Below the pieces are notes generated by a model. That model worked only from the letters and a program-made list of their open reading frames with translations. It was not told where the DNA came from and did no database searches. From a virus (Duplodnaviria > Caudoviricetes), in the IMG/VR virus record IMGVR_UViG_3300013296_000013, positions 29,312 to 93,311 of that record: a stretch of 64,000 nucleotides of DNA; one strand, 5' to 3'. Positions 45,271 to 54,370 of the stretch are shown piece after piece; the stretch's first letter is position 1, and each line of letters opens with the position of its first letter. The translations under genes were made by a program, and so were the position numbers.

Positions 45271-45350
45271 TGGTGTAGGCGAGGAGATTCGAACTCCTGT
45301 GCTGTTCCAGTTTAGTATTGCATCATTAACCTTATGACTAGATACTTATA
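45271..45350 (-). ncRNA. ssrA: Two-piece tmRNA, acceptor piece (T-arm plus CCA)
   Basis: AGGAG-TTCGAAT-CTCCT-CGCCTAC-A-CCA; pairs with GTGGGCG to give G3.U70; 5' end approximate. Confidence 0.85.
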
Positions 45351-45352
45351 TC

Positions 45353-45703
45353 CTAGTCTTCTTCAAATGTCAAGGACTTTTTAATGATCTTTCCACCGAG
45401 TTGCTGGATTATTCCAAGCAGTTTGCTCTCGAGATCTGCCTTCTTGTTATTGCAACGACCACAGAGTAGGGTGAAGTTCTCTTCACTATCTGTTCCACCG
45501 AGTCCACGAGAGATAATATGATCAGTCGTACACTTGTTATTAGGGTCTGCACCAAATGGATCATTGTGTGTTAGTTTGCGGCACTTGGGATTACGGCAAC
45601 ACGGATCTTCACGCCATGCAGCCAGTCGCCAGACTAGCCGATGGTAGTTGCGCATCGAAGAACGACGGTGTCCTTCATTATCATAGACCGTAGGCATTAG
45701 CAA
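45353..45703 (-). CDS. HNH endonuclease
   Basis: C....C, TTDHI....GG....N...LC..CN..K. Confidence 0.85.
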   Translation of the reverse strand: MLMPTVYDNEGHRRSSMRNYHRLVWRLAAWREDPCCRNPKCRKLTHNDPFGADPNNKCTTDHIISRGLGGTDSEENFTLLCGRCNNKKADLESKLLGIIQQLGGKIIKKSLTFEED

Positions 45704-45924
45704 GGACCACAGCTGAAATGGCTATTACGATCTAGCAGATATTCGAGCATATCAGCGACTAGATAATCGCTACCGATGTTATTGCCGCGAAGTTTGGTGA
45801 TGTACTCTCTAAACTTCTTATCACAGAGCATGCGCTTGCATTCCATCATTCCAGCTCCGGTCTCTTCGCGCAGCTTTTTAACATCGGATGCTTGTAGATT
45901 AGCATAGATCAAATTGTTATTCAC
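45697..45924 (-). CDS. Small protein with EF-Ts N-terminal (UBA-like) domain
   Basis: ASDVKKLREETGAGMMECKRML. Confidence 0.75.
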   Translation of the reverse strand: MNNNLIYANLQASDVKKLREETGAGMMECKRMLCDKKFREYITKLRGNNIGSDYLVADMLEYLLDRNSHFSCGPC

Positions 45925-47117
45925 TTTACTGCTCTCATAATGATCGTATTCTCGTTCATACGTTCTTGAAGTCTCTGATCAGAGCCATTGATGGTCTCCA
46001 TCAGCTTACGAAGAGTGACCTTACCACCCTTCAATACTTCGTTAAGAACATTTTGAACATCCTTAGCTTTCAGTTTCTTAGTCATCGACTGCATTTCATC
46101 GAAATTCGTGATTGCTGTACGATGTACATCGAGACCTCTTGGATCAGACGATCTGAAAACCGTCAACTGGTTGTACTTAACGTTGAACACCCATAGTTCA
46201 GACGAGCCGAGTATAGATTCAGGACTGACCGAGACGAGCTTGTTCGCGTTACACGACTTCATGTACTTGAAGTCCTTGAGCTTTTTATCAGCAGTCACAG
46301 GTTTTGTGGCTCTTGGCTTACGAACCTTCTTCTCGTTCTGCTGATAACGCTCAGCATCATCGATGAGCATCAGATAGAAGTCATACAGACGTTCTAGATG
46401 ATCACGCTTGTATGATGTATAACCTTCGACGATCTCAGGATCTGTCTTGTTATAAGCGTGTTCGATTTCTACGAGCTGTGGTTCATAGAAATCGAATACA
46501 CGCTTGGCCTGAACCGGTGGGAGATTGTTTGCTTTCATATGTTCATACAGGTCGAAGTTGTTAACCTCACCCATGATGACCTTATCGCACTCTTCTTCGA
46601 TACCACCGATGAACTCACTGAGAGCCTCGCGCATACGATCTTGCACGGTCAGCTTACGAACTTCGACGACCTTCTTCTCTTCAGGTTCGTCATCATCTGA
46701 TGAGACAGACATACGAGCCTTCGAGTAGTCTCGATCAAACAGCTCGGTCATCTTCTCTTCGAAGAACTCTCGAGTTCCTTCAGGAAGAATCGCGCCTCTA
46801 GACCACATACGAGCGACCCAGCAGGCCGTCGTCGGCATCCACTTGTCTGGAATGTTTGAAGCCTTCTTAGCCTCATCGAAACGAGCTGAGCTCTTCAGAT
46901 ATTCGATGAGATACTCTTTAGCTTCCTTAACGGTGGTACCCATCGCGGTGTACCAGTAGAGGTTGCGAGTATGTTGGCTGAAGGTAACTGGCTTCGAGGT
47001 GAAGATCGGCTCCATGCCGAAGTGCTTCATGTTGTAGAGGTAAAGCTCAGACTTTGTCTTCTTAGGAACAGCTGGCTTCTTCGTTGTCTTTTTGATGAGC
47101 GAGGGACGGCGTGCCAC
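45921..47117 (-). CDS. Conserved T4-like phage hypothetical protein
   Basis: C-terminal LVSV.P..I.G..ELWVFN.KY..L...S..KKL...R.NENTII. Confidence 0.8.
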   Translation of the reverse strand: MARRPSLIKKTTKKPAVPKKTKSELYLYNMKHFGMEPIFTSKPVTFSQHTRNLYWYTAMGTTVKEAKEYLIEYLKSSARFDEAKKASNIPDKWMPTTACWVARMWSRGAILPEGTREFFEEKMTELFDRDYSKARMSVSSDDDEPEEKKVVEVRKLTVQDRMREALSEFIGGIEEECDKVIMGEVNNFDLYEHMKANNLPPVQAKRVFDFYEPQLVEIEHAYNKTDPEIVEGYTSYKRDHLERLYDFYLMLIDDAERYQQNEKKVRKPRATKPVTADKKLKDFKYMKSCNANKLVSVSPESILGSSELWVFNVKYNQLTVFRSSDPRGLDVHRTAITNFDEMQSMTKKLKAKDVQNVLNEVLKGGKVTLRKLMETINGSDQRLQERMNENTIIMRAVK

Positions 47118-47181
47118 GAGATACCTTGATACGAATTTTGTGATGAGAGACCATTATATATCGAGTAATGGTCGTTGTAAA

Positions 47182-47430
47182 CTAGTTTATTTTGCGGCGG
47201 CTCTGGCGCAGGCGAACTAGATCGCGTGATGTGACAACCTTAGCACCAGACATCACGGCATCGTGAAACTGTTCTGGGCTGATGTCGTAATGGTCCTTGT
47301 CGAACCAGTGGCGTCTTATGCCGATTAGTTGTGCGAAGTCATGAAGCTCGTTCAGGCAATCGGCCATCATATGAGTATATGACTTACGTTTGTGCGTGAA
47401 AGATCGCGGTGGATCGACGTAGATCGTCAT
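47182..47430 (-). CDS. DUF4031 family protein
   Basis: IYVD...HMMAD...ELH.FA..IG....WF..DHYDI. Confidence 0.8.
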   Translation of the reverse strand: MTIYVDPPRSFTHKRKSYTHMMADCLNELHDFAQLIGIRRHWFDKDHYDISPEQFHDAVMSGAKVVTSRDLVRLRQSRRKIN

Positions 47431-47615
47431 TTCGGATCCACCGACAGTCTGGCATTATCATCTGAAGATAAGACGTTTGATCTGATCTCAGGATATATGC
47501 TCTTGCCGCACTCAGGGCAGAACGATGGAAAGCGTGGGTTCACCCAACAGAGAAGCTGACCACAGCAAGGCGTCTGTAGAAGTCTGAAATGAACTCTCTC
47601 GAGACCGCGTGCCAT
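47427..47615 (-). CDS. Zinc-ribbon protein
   Basis: PCC...LCWVNPR.P.FCPECG. Confidence 0.6.
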   Translation of the reverse strand: MARGLERVHFRLLQTPCCGQLLCWVNPRFPSFCPECGKSIYPEIRSNVLSSDDNARLSVDPK

Positions 47616-47649
47616 GTCCTACCCCTCTATGAGAGAAATACTAACACGA

Positions 47650-47868
47650 CTAGCTTGAAATGTCAACCACATTTATCCCGCGCGCTTCAACGTACTGTAC
47701 GGCGCCCTCGATGTTAACATCGACCCATCGTTCGAATTTACTACGGCTGAGACCGAGTTCAGTGGCCCAGTGCTGCATAGTTCGTATGACTAGATCAGCC
47801 AACACAGGACGAGTTAACACTTTTTGCTTCTTGGCGAGTTGAATAAAGAGAGCGTCGTCGTATGTCAC
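47650..47868 (-). CDS. Hypothetical protein
   Basis: GGAG SD. Confidence 0.5.
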   Translation of the reverse strand: MTYDDALFIQLAKKQKVLTRPVLADLVIRTMQHWATELGLSRSKFERWVDVNIEGAVQYVEARGINVVDISS

Positions 47869-48162
47869 CGTTTCATCTCCATGTTCTTCAGATCGGTGAT
47901 CACCCGTTCGAGGGTCTTAGCCTCGTTGTGGAGTATCAGCCCTCCGACCATGGTCTCCATCTCAGCCTCAGCATTCAGCTTTTCGATCTCTTTCTCGTAC
48001 TTGACGATAAGATTATGAACTTTAGGTCTCATTCCGAATCCCGCAGAAGGCCAGAGAGATGGCCAATGTTTCTATGGTGGGCCATATGGCTCTTATATCC
48101 GAATTAACTCTGCTGGCCCTCTCTGGCCACGTATATGGCCACGAATATAAGGGACCGGCAGG

Positions 48163-48372
48163 TTAGAAATAGACCTCCTCATCGGCAGTATCCGCCAACG
48201 GCACGACCTTGGCATCACCCTTGTTGCTCTTGTTATAGAACGTAGTGCGACAGACGATGTTCGCCTTCTCTGCGGAGTCCCACGAGTACGGCTGCTTATC
48301 TTCTCGACGATGGATCTTCCAGGCGTCTGGCCCTTCGATCCTTGGCCAACGAGTAACAATAACGTACATCAC
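48163..48372 (-). CDS. Hypothetical protein
   Basis: GGAG SD. Confidence 0.55.
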   Translation of the reverse strand: MMYVIVTRWPRIEGPDAWKIHRREDKQPYSWDSAEKANIVCRTTFYNKSNKGDAKVVPLADTADEEVYF

Positions 48373-48608
48373 CCCTTCTCCTCTGCATCGATAAGCTGTT
48401 GTGCTCTTTCAGGATCAAACACCCAACCAAGACGATTCATCATCATGTTGGGAGTCATAGGATCGTTGTGGGTCGTGGTGCCAATGTAGAAAGACAGATG
48501 ATACCGTCCCCTCTCTTTCGGTCCACCATACGTGAGCTGAATGTTAGGATTTGGATGATCCTTGAGGCTCTTCTGCATCAAGCACACACCAGGTTTCAGA
48601 TCGATCAT
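48369..48608 (-). CDS. Hypothetical protein
   Basis: ATGA coupling. Confidence 0.55.
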   Translation of the reverse strand: MIDLKPGVCLMQKSLKDHPNPNIQLTYGGPKERGRYHLSFYIGTTTHNDPMTPNMMMNRLGWVFDPERAQQLIDAEEKG

Positions 48609-49573
48609 CGTGCCATCTCCACAGCGAGATCAAGAGCCTTGATCTTCAGTTTGCTATTTGAGTCGAACCACGCCGAGTGCAGCCGAGTCTCAGGACTGCG
48701 ACCGACGACGTGATCTGTCATGTAGGTGACCGCGTTAAACGCCTGCCACCAGGTTCCCTTAGCGCTCTCAGCGCCGGGCTGACTGTGGATGATCTTCAGA
48801 GCCGACTCATGGTTTCGGCTCCGAGTGTCATTGTCTCCGCTCTTGGGAAACACCTTCTGAAAGAACTGATCGAGCTCTTCCAGCGTATAGCGCCTGGATG
48901 CCATCAGCTCGGCCTGCTGCCGATACACATCGAGCTGCTGATGGGCGATCCCAAGAGCAGCTCTGGCGATATCGGCATCGAACTGTTTCCGATGGTTGAT
49001 CTTTACGACCTTCTCCTGCTCGAACGATCCCTTCTTGCCGAGAGGCCTGGTGAGACAGTTGGTGCAGAAGAAGCGGATCGGCATGAACCGAATGTCGATA
49101 GCCTTACCGAACTCGTGGGGATTGGTGAACAGCAGGAAGCTGTCGACCCTATCATCCCTGCCGATCGTAAAGCCGTCATCGACCTTGGCCAGCGCCCAGA
49201 CGAGCTTGCCCTCTTTCATGGAGCCGACCGTATCCATGTGCATATTGCCGGCCTTGACGAAGTCGGTGAAGAACTGAAAGGCCTCAGCGTTCTGCAGAGG
49301 AACCCAGTCAGGCGTCACGTCGGCGATGATCTTATTGTCCGTGCTACGAACCAGGGCGGCTCGGTTGATCGGAGTCTGCTTGACCTTATCGACGATGCTA
49401 CCGGACAGATCGTCATACTCTGGTTCAAGCAGATCGATAAAGGCGCGGTGCTTCTCGACCTCCCAGTCGAGTCCGGCGACCTTCAGCATCTCGGAAGGAG
49501 ACAGATCTTCATCCACCTTTATGGAGTTCGCACCCCACGGCGTATGAGCGGTTGCCACGACGTCAGCAATCAT
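48605..49573 (-). CDS. DUF932/DUF945 (phage/plasmid-like) protein
   Basis: AGLDWEV, LQN.EAF.FF, G..VWALA, P.R..CTN.L, GT.W.AFNAVT. Confidence 0.85.
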   Translation of the reverse strand: MIADVVATAHTPWGANSIKVDEDLSPSEMLKVAGLDWEVEKHRAFIDLLEPEYDDLSGSIVDKVKQTPINRAALVRSTDNKIIADVTPDWVPLQNAEAFQFFTDFVKAGNMHMDTVGSMKEGKLVWALAKVDDGFTIGRDDRVDSFLLFTNPHEFGKAIDIRFMPIRFFCTNCLTRPLGKKGSFEQEKVVKINHRKQFDADIARAALGIAHQQLDVYRQQAELMASRRYTLEELDQFFQKVFPKSGDNDTRSRNHESALKIIHSQPGAESAKGTWWQAFNAVTYMTDHVVGRSPETRLHSAWFDSNSKLKIKALDLAVEMAR

Positions 49574-49631
49574 AATCTGTCTCCTTCAGACCTATTATAT
49601 TATACTTGATGGGAAAAGTAAACCATCAAGA

Positions 49632-50411
49632 TTAGCCGTTGAAGTTAAGCTCCAAGTCGATAGCGGCTTGTTCTACTTGCCAACGACTGATAGTCTGGCA
49701 TCCGATCTTCACGGAGTCCGGAGTGATGACGAGATCATGGTTGTGATGTCGACGGTTCCAGCTAGAGCCGCTAGTGCGAGAGATCGAGCCGGCGAACTTG
49801 TTGTGAGTGTCTTGAGACAGCCAGTGGGGACGAGCCGCTTCCCAGATCTTCTCGACCTTCTTCATGCCGATCTTGTACTGACCGTTACCGACATAGCGCT
49901 CGCGCCCAATCTTGGTGATCTTCAGCTTGCTGTTATTGAGAGTGTTCTCAGCGAATGGATACTCTCCAGCCGCGAACTGCTTCTTGCCGTAGAAGGTGAA
50001 GAAGTCGACGATGCTCTTCTTGACCTGCTCGAAGCGAGCGATCACTAGAAGGTCATCCATCGAGATATTCAGACCGACCTTGGAAGCGAACTCATATGCT
50101 TCCACGATAGGCATCGCGCTGATAGCAGCGAACTGCGAAGCACCATTGAAGAAGTCCTCATAGACTCGGACATACTTCACCTTGACACTAGAGATGATGA
50201 AGCTGGCGATGATCTTATCGAAAACCTCGGCCGCATCCAGACTCAGGGTGTTGCGCACACTGTTATTCACGATAACAAGGGAACCAACCTGACGGATGAT
50301 TGAACGCTGGTTAATAAGAACATCAGCGTCAGATACGGTGAAGGGAGTCATGCCGTCGATGAAGGATAGCAGAGAAATAGGCGCGTCAACAACGGCCGGA
50401 GCAGCTGGCAT
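49632..50411 (-). CDS. Hypothetical protein
   Basis: Own promoter, C-terminal IGCQ.I. Confidence 0.7.
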   Translation of the reverse strand: MPAAPAVVDAPISLLSFIDGMTPFTVSDADVLINQRSIIRQVGSLVIVNNSVRNTLSLDAAEVFDKIIASFIISSVKVKYVRVYEDFFNGASQFAAISAMPIVEAYEFASKVGLNISMDDLLVIARFEQVKKSIVDFFTFYGKKQFAAGEYPFAENTLNNSKLKITKIGRERYVGNGQYKIGMKKVEKIWEAARPHWLSQDTHNKFAGSISRTSGSSWNRRHHNHDLVITPDSVKIGCQTISRWQVEQAAIDLELNFNG

Positions 50412-50544
50412 AATATAGATCGTCCTGTATGTAAGGGATAGACAACTACTCAGCAGAACATCTAATACTACTGCTGGAATTGGTATACCTCTTATATACT
50501 AATGCCGGTACCTTGTAAAGGCAAAAGTGGCACGAATTAGACAC

Positions 50545-50573
50545 AAAAAAGGGGCGCCCGAAGACGCCCCTTT
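50545..50573 (-). terminator. Intrinsic terminator
   Basis: GGGGCGTC-TTCG-GGCGCCCC followed by a U-tract. Confidence 0.85.
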
Positions 50574-50591
50574 GAGAGTGTTGGTATTGGG

Positions 50592-51611
50592 TCAGGCGGC
50601 ATGACGATCCGTAAAACCGACCCGAGGACGATAGCGAGTGCCGAGAGCCGGGCCCGGCTTCCGACGCGGTTGGCCGTCCTTCTTGGTAGCCTCTACAGTG
50701 CGCGGGCGTCCATCTTCCCAGGTCTGATGGTGAGCAGTCGCACCGCCGCCGCTTCCACTACCACCGGTCGACCGACCAGATCCGCCTGCCGGGCCGGCGC
50801 CACCGCCATTGCCACCAGCACCACCGCCATCGGGGCGATCGTCCGGGTTCGGTCGCCGCTCCGCGGTCGGTCGCCGATTGGCACGAGTTCGGCGATCGGT
50901 GAGCGGGTTAGCTACGCGGCCGCGGCGCCCCGACTGATCAGCCGATCGTGCAGCAACCGGTTCGCGGTTTTCCTGCAGTCGACCATCATTTTCGCTACGG
51001 ACATCACCCTGTCCATTCTCACCGCCGCCATTCTCCTTGAGACGGCCATCGGTCGTCGGATCTTTGACGCGCCCCTGACCACCGTTCTCACGATCATCGT
51101 TCTGATTATTGTCTTCGGCGCGTCGCCCGTGGGTGACAAGATCCTCACCAAGCCCCATGGTGAGGATCTCGATATCTCCGAGCATCACCAACGGACGTTC
51201 ACCCAGTGGAGCGCCGTCGAGAGTGACGGGATCATCCTGCTGCATGATGGTGACGACGCTGATATCATCAAGCCGAGGCTCGTTCTGATAATCCAGAGCA
51301 AGGACGATGTCGAACACCGTTCCCTGATCGTTCATCAGCCAGCTAGCCGTTTCGAGATGTGCGCCATTGGACGAACCCTCGTTGGTGTAGCTGGGGATCA
51401 GATCACCGTAGTTATCGGCGAGCTGAGCATACGCGATCGCCCGTTTGGAGACGTCGACATAGTCTTCCATATTGCGGACGGATTGATTGAGAAGAGCGTC
51501 GATCGCCGACTCCCCTTCAATGGTGATCCAGATCTTACTGAACCCACGACGGGTCATTTCGATCTGAGCTGGCGAGACTAGCAAGACTCGCTTGATACGA
51601 GAGGTCTGCAT
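50592..51611 (-). CDS. Hypothetical protein with D(G/R)R-L-xEN repeats and Gly/Arg-rich tail
   Basis: GRVKDPTTDGRLKEN, DGRLQENR, GRVANPLTDRRTRANR. Confidence 0.75.
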   Translation of the reverse strand: MQTSRIKRVLLVSPAQIEMTRRGFSKIWITIEGESAIDALLNQSVRNMEDYVDVSKRAIAYAQLADNYGDLIPSYTNEGSSNGAHLETASWLMNDQGTVFDIVLALDYQNEPRLDDISVVTIMQQDDPVTLDGAPLGERPLVMLGDIEILTMGLGEDLVTHGRRAEDNNQNDDRENGGQGRVKDPTTDGRLKENGGGENGQGDVRSENDGRLQENREPVAARSADQSGRRGRVANPLTDRRTRANRRPTAERRPNPDDRPDGGGAGGNGGGAGPAGGSGRSTGGSGSGGGATAHHQTWEDGRPRTVEATKKDGQPRRKPGPALGTRYRPRVGFTDRHAA

Positions 51612-51736
51612 TGTAACAACTCCAGGGTAAGAGGGCTAATCCCCTCTTACCCTGGCAGATATAATAGGTTGAAATAACTTTGTAAAGGCCTTTATTTCCT
51701 AAAAATGGAAAATAGCCTGGAACTTTTAAATTTCTG

Positions 51737-52291
51737 TTATAATTTTAATGGTTTAATAGTTCCAGCCATCGACGAAACGAGTAACTGAGTATCAGGAGAT
51801 ATATTCGGTAATGGCCTTATATCTTTACCATCGAACCATTCATCGAACCGAATATAAAGTCCGGCTTCGCGACCGTATGCGTCTATCTCCCATGGTAGAT
51901 CTCGGTAATGGTATTTGCTTACATCTATAAGCTGCCCGAGCCACCTGTTACTGGTTCCATGCTCATTCTGAGTCCATTCACCCAAAGCCATCTGCTTGAC
52001 GTGAACCAGTTCGTGAGCGAGCGACGTGAGAGTGGTGGCCCAATTACAACACCCATCGATCTCTATATCAAAATCAATAGGACTTCGGTAAGAATCCATC
52101 CACCATACGCCGCCCGTTCTATCCGAATTCTTAGCTAGGTTGTAAGCCATCTTGACAGAGACTTTCAACTTGGAGATCAGATCTTGATCTCCAGGTATCA
52201 TCAGCCCTAACATGAACTCGACCGCTTCTTTTATGGTAGACTTTGTAATCTCCTTACAAGTCCACCGCCCCTCGATTTTAGTTTGGACCAC
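51737..52291 (-). CDS. Zinc metallopeptidase-like protein
   Basis: LAHELVHVKQ, Y.DLPWE.DAY. Confidence 0.8.
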   Translation of the reverse strand: MVQTKIEGRWTCKEITKSTIKEAVEFMLGLMIPGDQDLISKLKVSVKMAYNLAKNSDRTGGVWWMDSYRSPIDFDIEIDGCCNWATTLTSLAHELVHVKQMALGEWTQNEHGTSNRWLGQLIDVSKYHYRDLPWEIDAYGREAGLYIRFDEWFDGKDIRPLPNISPDTQLLVSSMAGTIKPLKL

Positions 52292-52495
52292 AAACCGCTC
52301 CGGAATTAAATCCCCGAACTGTGGCTGGCTTGCTCCCTTAAATTCTTCCCCTTTCAGTGCCCCGGCGCAATCTCCAGTCTCGGCTGGCGGTCGGTGCCAA
52401 TCCAGCCTACTAGGCCTTTATATAAAGCCTATAATAAGTTGTAAACAGGTGTTTGGTTAACAACTAAATTTTTTTAGTGAACAGGTAGAGAACCT

Positions 52496-53161
52496 TTAGG
52501 AAACACTGTTCGCTAGATCAATGATATCCTCGCGCAGATCGTAAGATGATCTAACAAACACTTGAGCTTCTTCATTATCAACACCGATAAGAACTACGAG
52601 TTGAGGAACCTTTATTTCAGTGAGTTCTTCAACCATCATAGCATAGATAGTCGTTTGTTGGTAATAGCTTAAGATCTTCTTATCATCTTTCGGCCAAGCA
52701 CTGGTCTTGAAGTCGACGATCGACATGATACCGGCGTATTCAGCGAGTAGATCGCATCGTCCAGCCATCTTCAGATTATCGGACCACAGACCGAGCTCGA
52801 TACCTCGGATCGTACCGAGCTGCTCGTCTAACTTCTTTCTCATGGATGCGAACATCATCAGATTATTCGGCATCTGGCCACGAGCGAATTGTTTGTTGTT
52901 TAGAAGATACTGTTCGAGGATGCCATGAACAGCTGTTCCTCGCCTTTTGGCCTGAGTTGACCGTTTGTTTACTTCGTCTTCACCGACTCTCTCTTTCCAA
53001 GAGTCGAGCCAAGAGCTGTCTCCGATCTTTCCGAGAAAGGTTGTAACGCTCTGATAGCGCTCTCCGCTCGGTGTAACGTAATAGCGTCCATTTGGTGTAT
53101 CTTCAGATTCGATAGGCGGTAGATTAATGGCATCGTGTTCAAAATATCGTGTTGAAAGCAT
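52496..53161 (-). CDS. PD-(D/E)XK exonuclease (Cas4-like)
   Basis: Y.SVTT.L, RGTAVH...E, AGRCD, IVDFKTS, Y..Q...YA. Confidence 0.9.
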   Translation of the reverse strand: MLSTRYFEHDAINLPPIESEDTPNGRYYVTPSGERYQSVTTFLGKIGDSSWLDSWKERVGEDEVNKRSTQAKRRGTAVHGILEQYLLNNKQFARGQMPNNLMMFASMRKKLDEQLGTIRGIELGLWSDNLKMAGRCDLLAEYAGIMSIVDFKTSAWPKDDKKILSYYQQTTIYAMMVEELTEIKVPQLVVLIGVDNEEAQVFVRSSYDLREDIIDLANSVS

Positions 53162-53585
53162 TCCCTGGTTCTTGTATAACTGAACCGTCTGGATAGACGA
53201 TCGTGATTGGTAGACCGCGCTTACGCCCATAGCGTACCGTCGACCAAGTTCCAGATCTAAGGAACTCATACATCGTTTTCGGCGTGGCGAGCAGATAAGA
53301 TGAAGCGTCGACCATATCATGGTCTCGCTTGATGTATTCGCCTTCTGGCAGAAGAATGCCAAAATACATAAAGGCGCGATACTTCGGATTAATTGGAGGA
53401 TGAAGAATGATGTCGCCTTTTAGAGCATCCCATATAAGAGCTGCTCTTTCATCGGCGCCAACACAATCTCCATTATGCATCACCGTATATTTCTCACGAA
53501 GACGCTGGAGCTCAACGCAAGCAGATTTAGTCTGAGGCTCGGTCCAACCGTCTTTTGTTCCGGTAAATGCAAGATGATCGTTCAC
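53139..53585 (-). CDS. SLOG/DprA-like Rossmann protein
   Basis: AFTG, HNGDCVGADE, R...MVD, SGTWSTVRY. Confidence 0.65.
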   Translation of the reverse strand: MNDHLAFTGTKDGWTEPQTKSACVELQRLREKYTVMHNGDCVGADERAALIWDALKGDIILHPPINPKYRAFMYFGILLPEGEYIKRDHDMVDASSYLLATPKTMYEFLRSGTWSTVRYGRKRGLPITIVYPDGSVIQEPGNAFNTIF

Positions 53586-53623
53586 TATATGTTCCCTTTA
53601 ATCGACGCGTAGGGGGCGGCAGA

Positions 53624-53839
53624 TCACTTCTTGATCTCGTGTAGGATGTACATCGAGATCATCGCTGGCGTGATAGCCGCTTCGTTCTTCTCGACTTCCT
53701 TAGCCGAATAGAAACCCATCGAGGCCTGATGCTTCAGAGGAGTCCTCTTGAAACCATTCGGGCCACGGATCTCGACAAAACGCTTGCCGATCTTATATTC
53801 ATATTCTTCACCGGCTACGGTGATGTTGCGCATACCCAT
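53624..53839 (-). CDS. Hypothetical protein
   Basis: AAGGA SD. Confidence 0.55.
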   Translation of the reverse strand: MGMRNITVAGEEYEYKIGKRFVEIRGPNGFKRTPLKHQASMGFYSAKEVEKNEAAITPAMISMYILHEIKK

Positions 53840-53849
53840 TTAACGTTCC

Positions 53850-54050
53850 TTACACAAAACAGCAATTGATGATGTCATTGAGACATTCTTCGGTCGGATG
53901 ATAGACCGTCGTGAACCAACGGACCTTACCATAGACGACGAGACACAGCTGAATATAGCTGACTTCGTCGCCACCGCCCTTGATAATGATGAAATTGAGG
54001 ATAGCCGGTATCGCATCTTTCAGCCGAACAGTGAACTCACTCATTAGCAT
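53850..54050 (-). CDS. Hypothetical protein
   Basis: ORF. Confidence 0.45.
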   Translation of the reverse strand: MLMSEFTVRLKDAIPAILNFIIIKGGGDEVSYIQLCLVVYGKVRWFTTVYHPTEECLNDIINCCFV

Positions 54051-54052
54051 GA

Positions 54053-54307
54053 TTATGCTTTCTGAGGATAAGGTTCACCAACCAAAGCATTCAGCCTGTC
54101 GATATGACGCTCGATATCTTCATCGCTTGGAGTCATATCGACAGGAAATTGGCTATGCATAGCCAATGCAAATCCGCGGCATGAATGCAGGAGTTTGAAG
54201 ATCTCTTCGACATACTCTTGGTCATCTTCAGAGCACATCATGCGTATCTTAAAATCGTGAAGAGCATCTTCTTTCTGACGCTCATATTCAGCATAATCTA
54301 CTTCCAT
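54053..54307 (-). CDS. Hypothetical protein
   Basis: GGAG SD, promoter. Confidence 0.55.
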   Translation of the reverse strand: MEVDYAEYERQKEDALHDFKIRMMCSEDDQEYVEEIFKLLHSCRGFALAMHSQFPVDMTPSDEDIERHIDRLNALVGEPYPQKA

Positions 54308-54370
54308 GATCAACTCCAGATACAACTCGGGCTATGTAGCAAATATACCACATAGCCCGAGAAATGTCAA

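Noticed and set aside
45271-45310. Second tRNA gene
   Set aside because: Only the T-arm and 3' acceptor strand are present; the partner strand lies at 44666-44672, so it is the tmRNA acceptor piece
48677-49609. 310-aa + strand ORF
   Set aside because: Antisense shadow of the DUF932 gene
50601-51581. 326-aa + strand ORF
   Set aside because: Antisense shadow of 50592..51611
52330-52400. Glycine riboswitch
   Set aside because: Only partial word matches (CTGGAGA, CGCCG, GGAGCAA); the CTCTCAGG element is absent
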